DNA from: Oikopleura dioica
Taxonomy: Eukaryota; Animalia; Chordata
Direction: 5' to 3'
Length of the DNA stretch: 64,000 nt
Assembly: GCA_907165135.1 (NCBI GenBank)
Contig: OU015568.1
Coordinates: 11,346,001 to 11,410,000 of the forward strand
In this document: positions 43,122 through 54,311 of the stretch, piece after piece
Numbering within the stretch: the stretch's first letter is position 1
Layout of the letters: every line of letters begins with the position of its first letter
Made by a program: the position numbers and the translations under genes
Notes under the pieces: generated by a model
The model's database searches: none
What the model was told of the DNA's origin: nothing
The model's input: only the letters and a program-made list of their open reading frames with translations

Positions 43122-44281
43122 ATGAAGTTATCATTTTTGCTGCTATGGCTGTCAGCCATGGCGAAAAAGTCGCCAAAGTCGCCTAAGCATCCCAAATCTC
43201 CAAAATCTCCGAAGCAGAGACCACCAAACGTGAACAACGGTGGGTGGGATTCAGGTTCACGTCCGCCTTATGGTGGCAGCAATCACGGCTCTCGTCCTCC
43301 TTACGACAATCAGTACCCTAGCGGTGGTAGCAACAACGGATAACCACCATACGGAGGAAGTAACAGTGGCTCTCGTCCACCATATGAAGGTAGTAACAAC
43401 GGCTCAAGACCACCAAACGGTGGAAACAACAATGGTTATCCTCCTTACGGAGGGAGCAATAGTGGCTCCCGACCCCCTTACGATGGGAGCAACAATGGCT
43501 CTAGGCCACCAAATGGAGGAAACAACAACGGATATCCTCCGTATGGAGGGAGTAACAGCGGATCTCGTCCTCCCTATGGCAGCAATAATGGCTCCCGACC
43601 TCCTTACGGTGGAAGTAACAGCGGATCCAGACCTCCATATGGCAATCAATACCCGAGTAGTGGAAACAACGGATACCCACGTCCTCCATACCAACAGTAC
43701 CCTCCTTATCAAGGAAACAACTACTACCCTTCCTACAACAATGGCGGGAGCACCTCAGGCAGTCGATACCCCTCATCTTCTCAAAGAGACTACGGTCAAA
43801 ATCGATACAACAGGTATAATCAGTGGCAAAGTGACGAACCAGTTGCAAATTTCCAAAACGATGGCTACTACTCAGGTGGAAGTCGATATCCTCCAACAGA
43901 CGGTGCCACTGACGGTTCTCGTGATCCCTACGAAGGAACTTCAGGGAGTAAACCTCCGTCAGTAGGCGGCAACAACTCGGGAAGCCGCCCTCCTCCAGCA
44001 GGTGGAAGCAATTCTGGAAGCAGACCTCCACCAAGCTCTGGCAGCAAACCTCCATCAGTTTCCGGCCCCTGCCCGAAAACTCCGGACGTTGGATTTCCCT
44101 TCAATCAAGCTACTTGCTATGATAACTACAATAAGATAATTTGCAAAGCAGCTTGCAGAAACAGGTAACAAATTCATTTGATCTGCTTCCTAATCTGTAA
44201 TTTCTAAGACGATATCAATTCGTCGAATGCAAACGAAGCGGATACAACGCGAACAACTGGCGCTTCAAGAAGCGTTGTTAA
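43122..44281 (+). pseudogene. Secreted Gly/Pro/Asn/Ser/Tyr repeat protein with C-terminal 6-Cys domain, interrupted by in-frame TAA (real lesion or assembly error)
   Basis: Signal peptide MKLSFLLLWLSAMA, about ten SRPP(Y/N)GGSN(N/S)G repeats, one GT-AG intron 44165-44208. TAA at 43341-43343 sits where sister repeats have TAT; the frame stays open for about 300 codons after it. Confidence 0.7.
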
Positions 44282-44359
44282 ATACAACCTGCGCATAAAA
44301 CAATCATCAAGAAATAAATTCATAAAAAATATACAGAAAGCTTTTTATTTCATCAATTA

Positions 44360-47300
44360 TCATTGAAATTGTTTCGATGCATTTAAAAACTCAAATACAG
44401 ACAATCTGTTTTTCTTTCTTCGCTTTACCGTTGACCCCTGATTCGAGGTTTTGTCTTCCAGCAATGGAATGTTCTCGTTCTTGTTGCCGGAAATAAACCA
44501 CTCGGCATCCAGTGAGTTTCGATTGTTTTTAGTTCTTGTGCTTGTTGTGCGCCTTCCCCGGCCGCTTGAGTTTTGATATAAGAAAATCATTTAATCAGGG
44601 TACTTACTGATATGGGATTTTAATCGGTTCTCTTATTGAGTTAGCTTCACTAAATGTTTTTCCAGATGAGCAGAGGCGATAGACGATGTCACTAGAATCG
44701 AATTGAGTCTGATAACAAAATATGTGAAAACTTACAATATCCACTTTATCGGATGATAAATCAAATTTAATGGAGGTACAACAGCTGGTTTTGACTGATA
44801 TGATTTCAAAAGATCGAACCGCTAAAAAGAAATAATATTTGAGAAAAAATAAAAGTAGGATGGTTACCTGAAATTTCCAAACCAAGACTGCATTATTGTT
44901 TATTCGATTAAATGTATTGGAAAACATGGCAATAACCAAATTGAGCAGCAAAGCACTTGCAATCAGCTGATATCCAGCCATTAGAAACCAAACGACCCTG
45001 GACGGATTTGGGCATCGGAAGATAGATTTTCCTTCATTTTCAGCCAAATTCTGTAGGGAGTAGAAATAAGAGCGGGAGTGTATATTTGAGCAAGTTGTCA
45101 TTTTGAAGTTTTTGATCTCCTCTGCTTCTATGATTCCATCGTCGAGGGCCGTATCTGCCAGTTGATGGGGATCAACGGAGTCTAAAGACACTTATGAGAT
45201 GAAAATATGTGTAGAACTTACCTGAATACTGATAGCTTGTGACTTCTCCAAGAAACAGCTCGCCAAACATCGAAAAGAAAGGTCTCACGAAGATACCAAA
45301 GAACAAGTCGTAGTATCTCCATTCGTTAGTATAAATAATACTTTGAACAGACACTCCATACGCAACCATAAAAAACGAGAGAATAATCAGAAAGAAAAAT
45401 AAATCCGCAAGAACACCAAAAAGCGTTTTGACCTTTGATCCAAGATGTTTTGAAACCGTGCAGAGTTCTAGCGTTCTGATGACCGAGAGGATGAATGAGA
45501 AGCAGTAGAAATATTGAGACAGTCTCATGTTTACGTTCTGCTCATAGAGAACCGAGAGCATCTTTCCTACTGAAAGTTCAACGTCAAAGTAAATCGGGCA
45601 ATTTTCATCGTCGTGATTCCATAGAAGCTCATTCCAGTATTTATTCCATTTGTCCCACATTGAGGTTGTGATAGAGCTTCCATTATTGACGTTGCCAAAG
45701 TCCCAGAAATCCAAAGTGCTTGAGATAATGCTGAGTCGGAGAAAAAAACCGATTCCAAACATAAGATAGGCCAAGAATTCTATGAATGTCCATGTGTCTT
45801 GAGAAGTCCATTGACCAACTGTTCTTCGAATATCACGCAAAAAAGAGTTCTTGCTGATTCGTATCCGATGATTATACACCGATTTTCGACCCCATTCAGC
45901 CAACAAGGCAAGAGTCCAGAACCAAAGAATAATTTCTTCGATGACTGGAAGCTTGCAAAATTTCATCGACAAAACAATGGCAAAGTAAAACAAATACAAG
46001 AGGTAGAAAATTCCAGAATAGACAAAAATTGTAGACGGTAGATGCATAAATTTTACAAAACGGAGGCAATAAGAGTCATTTTCGCTAAAAAAATCGCTCA
46101 GCAACAGTGGCGAAAGAAACGGGAAACAGTAGCTGAGATAATTTGCCATTGAAATGTCACTTCTGTTGCGAACTGATCCGAACCAAACGGATTTTAGGAA
46201 CATTTGTATCGTGGAATGGGCAACAAAGTTTTGAGAATCACCGGCAATGGCCAACTCGAGGCAGCTTTTGCCGCCCCAGTGAGGCAATTCTCGGATGCAG
46301 AGTTCCTCTGTTCTTCGAATATTGACAGAAGAGCATCTCTCAAGAAGTTTAATCGCGTCTGCTTCACAAATTTTACCGAAGTTGTCCAGCTCTTCTCTCT
46401 TTTTTGACAAGTCATGCGTTAGAGAGTTCTTAAGACCTCGGCAAATCAACGCCGTCGCAATGAACTCGCCAAGAAGATCTGTTCCACTGTAGATAAGTTT
46501 CTTGGCGACTTTGGTTCTCCCTGTAACAAGTGCTACGAGCAAAAGCATCCTTACAGATTCCAAAGGAAGTTCAGTTTCTCGAACCGTCATCAGATCAAGT
46601 CCAGTCTTGCTGATTTTCTGAAGAATTAATGATCTCAATCTTCTTTTGTCCTTCGCAGTCTTTGATCTGTAAACAACACTCGACGTTTTCTTCAACGAGC
46701 CACTTTGCATTGAAGTCATCCATGAAGCGATGTAGTCAGCGAATTTCGGTGAATGAATGAATTCGTCTTCGAGATAGTTTTTAGATTGATTATCGAGAAC
46801 TTGGCCCATGAAATCAGCGTTGTCCAGTCGAAAGGCTTCTACGAAAAACGCTTCGTAAATTCCATACTGCGTCATCCATGATTCCAAGTTATAGTCGTTC
46901 GCTGATTTGACAAGCATATTTTCTGCTATTTGGATATTGTCGGTTCTGATACTGTACTCAAGGCAGCGATGCATACAGTCGTCTTTTGATAATTGACCGA
47001 CCGGTACGCTTGGAAAGATGCAAAGATTGATGAGTTTTTTATAATCATTCGACGTTTCTGTGCTTAGAATGAAGTATTTCGTGAAGATTTTCTGCACCGA
47101 CTCCATGAGCTCGTGAATATCATAAACACCTTCATCCTTGAATTGACAAGAGCTCAAGAAGACTTCGAAATTTCTAATATTTTCGGTGACACTTGCAAGT
47201 TCGGACTTCAGACGAGTATCATCTGTTTCAAATAAGCTAAGCGTGTCTTCCAGCTGCATTTTTTGTCGTGTCGGGTTGAAAATATTCCGCCAAAAACCGG

Positions 47301-48030
47301 TCACAATTTTTTGTATAAGCTGAGCCAATCCTCCCGTCCCATCGAGGAGAATAAGTGTCGGTTGGAGAATAGGAGAAAGTAATGATAATAAAGCTAGAAT
47401 TTTGAGCTCTCTTGCTGAGCCTCCTTGAAGAATTATTGTCAGTGGAATGTAGTCCGAGGTATTTTCTAATTTTTCATTTGCGAGTTCGGCGATGGCAAGA
47501 ATCGAGTTCAGCCAGAGATCGTCTTCTTCGATCGGATTTCCGTGACGATCTCCTTTCAGGCATATACAGTGGCTGTGAGAGTCAGCATGATCAGTTGTTT
47601 TAAACTTCAAGGCTTCCGGATTGCCAGTGATGCCAACAAGTTTAACATGATCATCATAAACGCTTCCCAAATCATGATGTGTTTCGGAGAGAACTTCGAC
47701 CAGTCCGCCAGATTCACCGAAGGTCAAAAATACACCTTGGCATTTCCCAGCGTTTTCGTAAAGTGCGTTTCCAAGCTTCTCTCTGTCCAGGCGACCCATC
47801 GGCAGATCCCCAGAACTTCCGATTGAAACAAAAATTGATTCCACATTCGAGATGCCTACTTCTTTTTTGAAGATTGATTTCAGTAGATCTTTCTTGGGCT
47901 CAGCGCTGTTGTCGTCAGGAGATAGAATGATGAATTCAGTGTCATATCCGACAACGAACTGTCCGCTGATATCTCGCTAAGAATAGAGTTGTAGAACGTG
48001 ATCAAACTTTTGAACCGGCTGCTGATCCAT
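44360..48030 (-). CDS. TRPM-family cation channel
   Basis: IILQGG, ILLDGTGGLA, WGGKSCLELA, FVAH..Q..L..VWFG, pore FGELF, LLLNLVIAMFSNTF, TRP box VWKFQRF..L..Y..KP..PP. The true first exon may lie further upstream. Confidence 0.92.
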
Positions 48031-49334
48031 TGTTGTAAAATTAACAAAGGAAATTATTTTCATGAAAAATATGAGTTTTACGAGTTTTGAAATTAGTCTA
48101 AGCTAAGTGATTAGTAATCCAACTGACCTTTAATCCTTTGGAGAAGCTCATCACGTCCTCTTCTTCACTCAATAACCTTCTCCATCAATTTTTCATTACT
48201 CTCTCGATTTCGATGTGTTTTGGATATCACCCATCAATTCTTTCACAAAGCTTTCAGATTTACGACTTATTGTCTCGTTGAGTAACTTCTTCTCAGTACA
48301 CCCGGGCGAAGAAAAAACTGCAGCCTTCTGTCACTAACAGGGAATTTTTTTCAACACTTTTGCGTTGAGTGCTGCCCGCCGGGCGTTCGTGATTGCCAAA
48401 GTCATTTTTTTCAAAAAGCTCTTGAGATGAGCTCCGATGAGCAATTCGTGTGATGAAAAAAGAATGCTCCCAAGATCAAGTTCGTGCGTAAAACATGTTT
48501 AACGATGGAAATGTAAAAGAATGATCGCTTTAAAAATAATTCCTCGGTGTTTTACGGTTGAATAGTCTCTTCCCAGATTAATATTTTAATAAGATTCTTA
48601 TTACAAGACTCCCGTAAATTTGTTCTTTATCGAAATAATTTTAATACAAAAGTACAGCACTACATGATTTTTCAGACATGTACGCAAATGTGGCCACAGA
48701 TCAATGAGAAATATAAGCTTATGGTTTTGCCTTCAAAAATAATTCGAAGATTAAAAATGACGCGTACGACTAAGTAGCATAGCCTCATTAAAATTTTACA
48801 TCCTAGAGAGAGTTTGAAAAGTTAGAGTGAAGATCTCTCCTGAAAAAAAAAAGATGATTGATTGAAGCACACATTCAGCGTTATAAAATCCCACCGGTAG
48901 AGTGGAAGAGAAAACTAATCCGCACTCAGACTAAAAAGAATAAAAACTGTTTTTATCCTCTTTTAGTTTTAGAGAGAGAATTACCCTCAAATAACCGCAG
49001 ATAGTAAAGTTTATTAACAACGCTTAGAAAAAAAATGTGTGCTCAGTCTGTTTGAGTGCTGGTTTTCGAATTCAGAAGAGAAAGAGAGGCTAGTAAAAGG
49101 GCGCATCTGTCAAAGCTTCTTTGTCAGTGGTGGCATTTTAAATTTTCATCATTTACGAAACAGATTTTGCGTGAATCCATTCTGAGCGTAATTTTCTTTT
49201 CTTTTGCCCCGAGGAGAGATTGATTTTTTGAATTTATTCCTCGCTTTGTTTGATTCATCTAACAAGCTATTCTTTAGAAACTCAAAAGCCAGAAACCTCA
49301 GCCAGAAAGCTCAAGAGAAAGGAAACGTTTGAAA

Positions 49335-49983
49335 ATGACAGAAGTAGTGGAAGAATTCAAGAAGCTCTTTCAGATGATCAATCAGCTCAGTATGGATCCA
49401 GTTTTTGTTACTCCTCAGCACATCACGTAAGCCCTCTGATAATAGTAGTTATTATTAATTACCGTTTTTCAGCGATCATTTCGAAAAAGTTGGCATGATC
49501 CAAGTCACAGACGGGAGCGTACGAGAATTCCTCCATTCACTCGATAAAATGCTGAGTTTGATGGGAGGAAAGCTTTCCAAGGCTGGTTCACTCAACGAAG
49601 CTGAATTCGTGCGATTCTGGTTTAACTGCCATCGATTTTACAATAAATTTGATCTGAGTAAGTGGTCAAAACGTTCAATCTTCTAATTTTTGTATCAAGA
49701 AAACACTGGCAGCATTACCAAGGATGAATTTTATCAGTCGATGGTTGGGACTGCAGCAGATAAGGAAAGGATCCAAATAATAACTAAGAGAACCCAACAC
49801 TATTACTTATAACTTCGAAGAAAAGTTATTGTATCTATTGAACATAAAATTTGGATGCGAAAAAAAAAGGATACCGAAGAAAAAGTGAACGAAATCTTCA
49901 ATATTGTTGATAGAAACGACGATGGAAAAATAGACTTCATTGAATTTTTCTGCCGTCTGCCTCAAATTTTGAACTTGAAATAA
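49335..49983 (+). CDS. Calmodulin-like EF-hand protein
   Basis: Spliced product has DLKNTGSITKDEF and DRNDDGKIDFIEF loops; the third intron is best explained as GA-AG 49765-49869. Confidence 0.75.
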
Positions 49984-50209
49984 ACTTTTTCATTACTAAT
50001 TACTAATTTATGATTAAATTTTTTTATTCTTTTTATTTTTCTCAAAAAATTGCAGAATAAAAAAGGATGAGTAAAGGATAGATACGTCAAGCTTGGGACT
50101 CGAGAGGCTGAGGTGGCTTTGTGGAGCCAGGTGATTGAGCTTGATAATCCTAGGGCTTCTGATTTTTCACATTTATATTATTTGCCAGTTCCGCACTTTT
50201 CACGCAAAA

Positions 50210-51112
50210 ATGGAAGAATTAGAGCAACTCAGAGCCGAGAATGCTAAATTGAAGACTAGACTTCGGTGAATATTGACCATCGTTAGTATTTTTACTCTAA
50301 AAACGTCTAGAACTTATGAAGATGAAGTGCCAACGCCATCTTCTGAGAATGAAAAAACAATCGTCGTGGATGAGTGTCTAATCGACGTTATAAAGACTAT
50401 GAACGGTCAGCTTTTTTAATGATAAAGAAACAAACTGTTAATTAAGGAATTGTAAAAGAGGAGAGAGCAAAGATGGAAAAATATAGAGAAGAGGATCACA
50501 AACATTATCAAGGTAAATAATCAAGTCGAAATGAACACTTCATTTTTTTCACTAGAATCCGTCGATGAGCTTCACAGCCATTACAAGGAACAAATGGACA
50601 CTATTCAGGAAGAGGCCAAAAAGCAGATAAAAGATATTGAGGGACAGTACAAGACCGTCTTTGAAGAGCGCATGAACGAGGTTTGCTATTCTGATCGAGA
50701 ACACACTATTTTTGATGCAAAAAACTTCAAGGTTCGTGAGCATTATGAGACGGAAAGAGAATCTATCGTCGAAAAATTCAATGAAGTGAAAGAAAAACTG
50801 GCGCAGGAGAGAGAAGAAACTTCTTCGCTAAGGACCGTTTTACAAAAATATCAGAGAGTGGCATTTGACACATGCATATTACGGCGGATAACATTTGTAA
50901 AATCATATCAGGAAAAAAGTGCGCCAACTACAGAGCTCCTAGTGGTTGCATTCTCCCTTCTACTAAGCTCTTTCTGTTTCTCCCTGTCTCTTTTTCTCCC
51001 TTTTCTATGTAATAAAATAACAAAAGTGTTCGAAACCAAAATCCGCCGCATCGCTCACTTAAAAGGACCGACGATGACCGCAAATGTTAGAATGCAGCTC
51101 AAACACGCGTAA
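50210..51112 (+). CDS. Coiled-coil protein with C-terminal hydrophobic segment
   Basis: MEELEQLRAENAKLKTRLR... heptad-rich exons joined by GT-AG introns; 3' end uncertain. Confidence 0.6.
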
Positions 51113-51149
51113 ACATCCGACATTGCTTTCACTTCAATATTTTTCAAAA

Positions 51150-54143
51150 ATGCGCTTGTTCGAAACACTTGAATTTCTCTTTTTCAAAAATTGTCGACGC
51201 TACCGAAAGAACATAGAGATTGTCGCTCCAAAAGTCCCACCAAGACTCCCTCCAGACCTAATTGACCTAATAGAGACATCAGATGGGGCCGAGAGTTCAG
51301 AGAAAGCGCTGCAGAAGCTCAAATTATGCTTCCTAAGAATCGGAGAGATTCAATTTGAAGAAGAAAATGGGCTTAGAAAAAAGGTTGGAATGGGTAACTT
51401 TGGAAAGGTTTACCTGGCTAGAATCAGCAATACTCGTGGATCCCTTTTTTGCGTCAAAGAAATCATTGATGAAGAAAATCGCAATGAATTTATAAAAGAA
51501 GCTCTCGTCATGTTGAGGCTTTCCAATCACGTGAACGTCCTCGGCCTATCCTACCTAGCTTACGAAAGTAATCGAAAATGCCCAATTCTAATCACGGCTT
51601 ATATGAAAAACGGAAGTTTGATAAGCTTCCTTCGCTCTAGCAACGCTATCTTGTATGACTTGGCCTTGCGGTGGTCGGCGGAAGCAGCCTGCGGGATGAA
51701 ACACTTGTCAAGTGAGGGAATCGTGCACAGAGATCTGGCAGCGCGAAACTGCCTCCTGAGCGACGACTTCACGCTCAAGATTTGCGATTTTGGACTCTCT
51801 CGTAAAACTGATCACTACATAGGATGCGGTTATTACAAGCAGAAGAATCGCTGCGACATGCCTTTTCGTTGGCTCGCTCCAGAAGCGCTAGAACTGAAAA
51901 AATTCTCAAGCAAGACGGATCTCTGGTCTTTTGGCATTCTCATGTGGGAAATATTCACCAGAGGCCATGTTCCATACAAAGAAATAGCGACAGTGAGGGA
52001 ATTGAAGGAATACCTAAGCAAAGAGTTCGAGACTGAAGTATTGGGGATTAAAAAACCGCAGCGGCTCAGAAGACCACCGAAAGTAACTGACGACCTGTGG
52101 CCTCTGATTGAGAGCACTTGGCATCCAGATCCAAAATATCGACCTAGCTTTGAAAATCTGAGCTATTCTCTCAAAATCCTGACGAAAGAATATAAAAGTT
52201 CCTATCTCGAAATCGACCATCTAGATCAGAGCTACCGAACAACCGTTCAGTGTACTCCTCGTTCGATCTTGAAGAAGAGCTTCCAGAAATCGATGTCGGA
52301 ACAGTTGACATCGGTCCAAAGACACAAGTCGGCGAGATGGGCGACGATGCCTTCGCGGATAATGCCTAGAGATTCAATAGATCTTCACAGCTTCCCGAAC
52401 ATCCACGTTGCTGACCGCGCCTCTAGTAACTACTATGATGACGATTACGTTACGATTTCTCAAGAAAGGCCTATGTCATTGGAACAATTGGAAAAAATAT
52501 CAGATGTGACTGATTTAATGCGAAAGTTATGGCAGCAAGAACAGATCACTTTTGATCATTTTTCGTTGATTTCAAAATGCGCTTCAGAAGCCTCGAAATC
52601 ATCGCCTTTCTTTCCGTTAGGTATAAAAATATTCAAAATAGCTGAAAGTGTCCATTTGAAGTCGGAAATCGCAGATATGATTTTGGACTATCTATCGAGT
52701 TTATCAATGAGTACTAACGACCTTGGAATAAGTAAAACAAATGAAATTCACGCCAATATCCTGGATTACGTCAAGGAAGAAGTCCCCTTCGATGTGAATT
52801 TGGAACACTATCACTGCATTTTCATACTTGGCTGTCTTTTGAAAGAAGATTTGAAAAATCAGGCACCGATTGAAAAATTTTTCAAGCTTTTTCTGTGGTG
52901 GGAATCGATGATATTCATTCTCTTGAACGATTTCAGCTTTTTTGAAAGCAAGAAGTCAAACAGCGAGTTTATGGGAATTTACAAAAAAGTGCTTCTGAAG
53001 CCAATGTGGTGGAGCAATTTCTCGTCGTTGCTCAGTTGTCTGAATCTCAAATGTTTTGACAAATTACTTGGGGAAGAGGACTTTCTCATTGCCTCGAAGA
53101 TATTCAAAAATTTCTTTGCTAAAGTCGTCAATGGCTTGAGAGATGACAAAGATGTTGCCGAGCTTGGTGTTATTCTTGAGAGTGGAGAAAAATTTTGCGA
53201 AAGAGCTCTGTTATCGGAGAACATTGAAAAAACGACGCGCTGGGTTCAAAATTTTACGGAAATATTGGATCTCGCGTATCACGGAATAGAGTCCTCGATA
53301 AATCAGCCGAATATTTTAAAGATTCTTTTGTTGCGAACAACGATTATCACGAGAGATGAGAGCAACGAGCTCAAGTTAGTGCCCTTTGGAATCGACCAAG
53401 ACGAAGCGGAAGAACTTATCTCGGAAGAATACTTCGCGAGAGTCATTTTAGAGCTACTGAGAAAGCAGGATATCGTTGAGTTTGTCAAAGGATTGAATAA
53501 CGATGCACTGGCTCTTGGACTCCAGTGTCTCTACCAGACAGATGCGCAGAATCACAGCTGTACTTTGAATAAGGACCCTCACTTGGCTGGTCTTCTCCTT
53601 GTTCACGAGATGCTAGACAAATGTGGCTACATAACTTTACCAGGTTTTTTTTAAATAGCTATCTATCTTTTGACTAATTTTAGAAAATGCAATCGATATT
53701 ATTTCCGCGACTTCATTTCGATGGATCAGCTGCCGAACGTGCGTTCCTAACTTCGAACAGAATGCAAAAGACCGGCTTCGCCGTGGATTGAAATGCTTTG
53801 ATTTGATTTTTCAGCGAGAAAAGTCCGACGAGCAAGCAAAGAATTTCTTTCATCCGGTAATGCACTTACTTTGGCACGAATCGAACTCTGGCAATTCAAA
53901 TGTCTACAGGTATTCTACACTTTTCCAAAAGAATAATAAAATTGAAAAAAAAGGATAAATGTTATTGGCGAGACCCTGCGAATCATTCATACCTTCGAAA
54001 ACATGACCAAATTCCTCCAGAAACGCATATTTACCTCTCGAATCAACGAAAGTTTCAAATTCAAAACTCTCAATTACTTATCGTCGCTTCCATCGGCCGT
54101 TCAAATGAGCGACTTTTTTCCCGAGCTGCACTTCAAAAAATAA
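51150..54143 (+). CDS. Tyrosine kinase (Met/TAM-like catalytic domain) with long uncharacterised C-terminal region
   Basis: GMGNFGKV, HRDLAARNCLL, DFGLSR, MPFRWLAPE, DLWSFG; 2.5-kb exon 51150-53643 plus two short GT-AG introns to TAA 54141-54143. Start uncertain. Confidence 0.85.
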
Positions 54144-54267
54144 ATGCTACTGATAAAAATCATTTGCTGCAATAAATTTCCTCGAAAAAGCACTTCTCAC
54201 AATTCAAAGTGTCATAATTACCGGAAATTGGTGCCGCAAGGCGATGATCATAAAAATGAAACTCTTC

Positions 54268-54301
54268 TATAAGAGTGGTTGATTAGAGGTAGAATTTCAG
54301 T
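54268..54301 (+). promoter_or_regulatory. TATA + Inr core promoter candidate for CesA
   Basis: TATAAG 54268-54273 and TCAGT 54297-54301 are spaced about 31 nt apart; the same AG could alternatively be a trans-splice acceptor. Confidence 0.4.
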
Positions 54302-54311
54302 ATTTTCAAAA

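Noticed and set aside
43341-43343. TAA reassigned to Tyr (variant genetic code)
   Set aside because: TAA is the genuine terminator of PRMT1, La, DDX31, rhomboid, EF-hand and CesA in this same window.
43240-44055. Long Thr/Val/Met-rich ORF 43240-43965 and antisense ORFs
   Set aside because: Alternative-frame shadows of the Gly/Pro/Asn repeat gene.
47855-47875. Suspected frameshift near the TRPM N-terminus
   Set aside because: Recounting shows six T, so the frame is continuous.
48120-48500. Extra upstream TRPM exon or separate gene remnant
   Set aside because: A phase-0 donor exists at about 48127 but no open frame with a start or recognisable homology.
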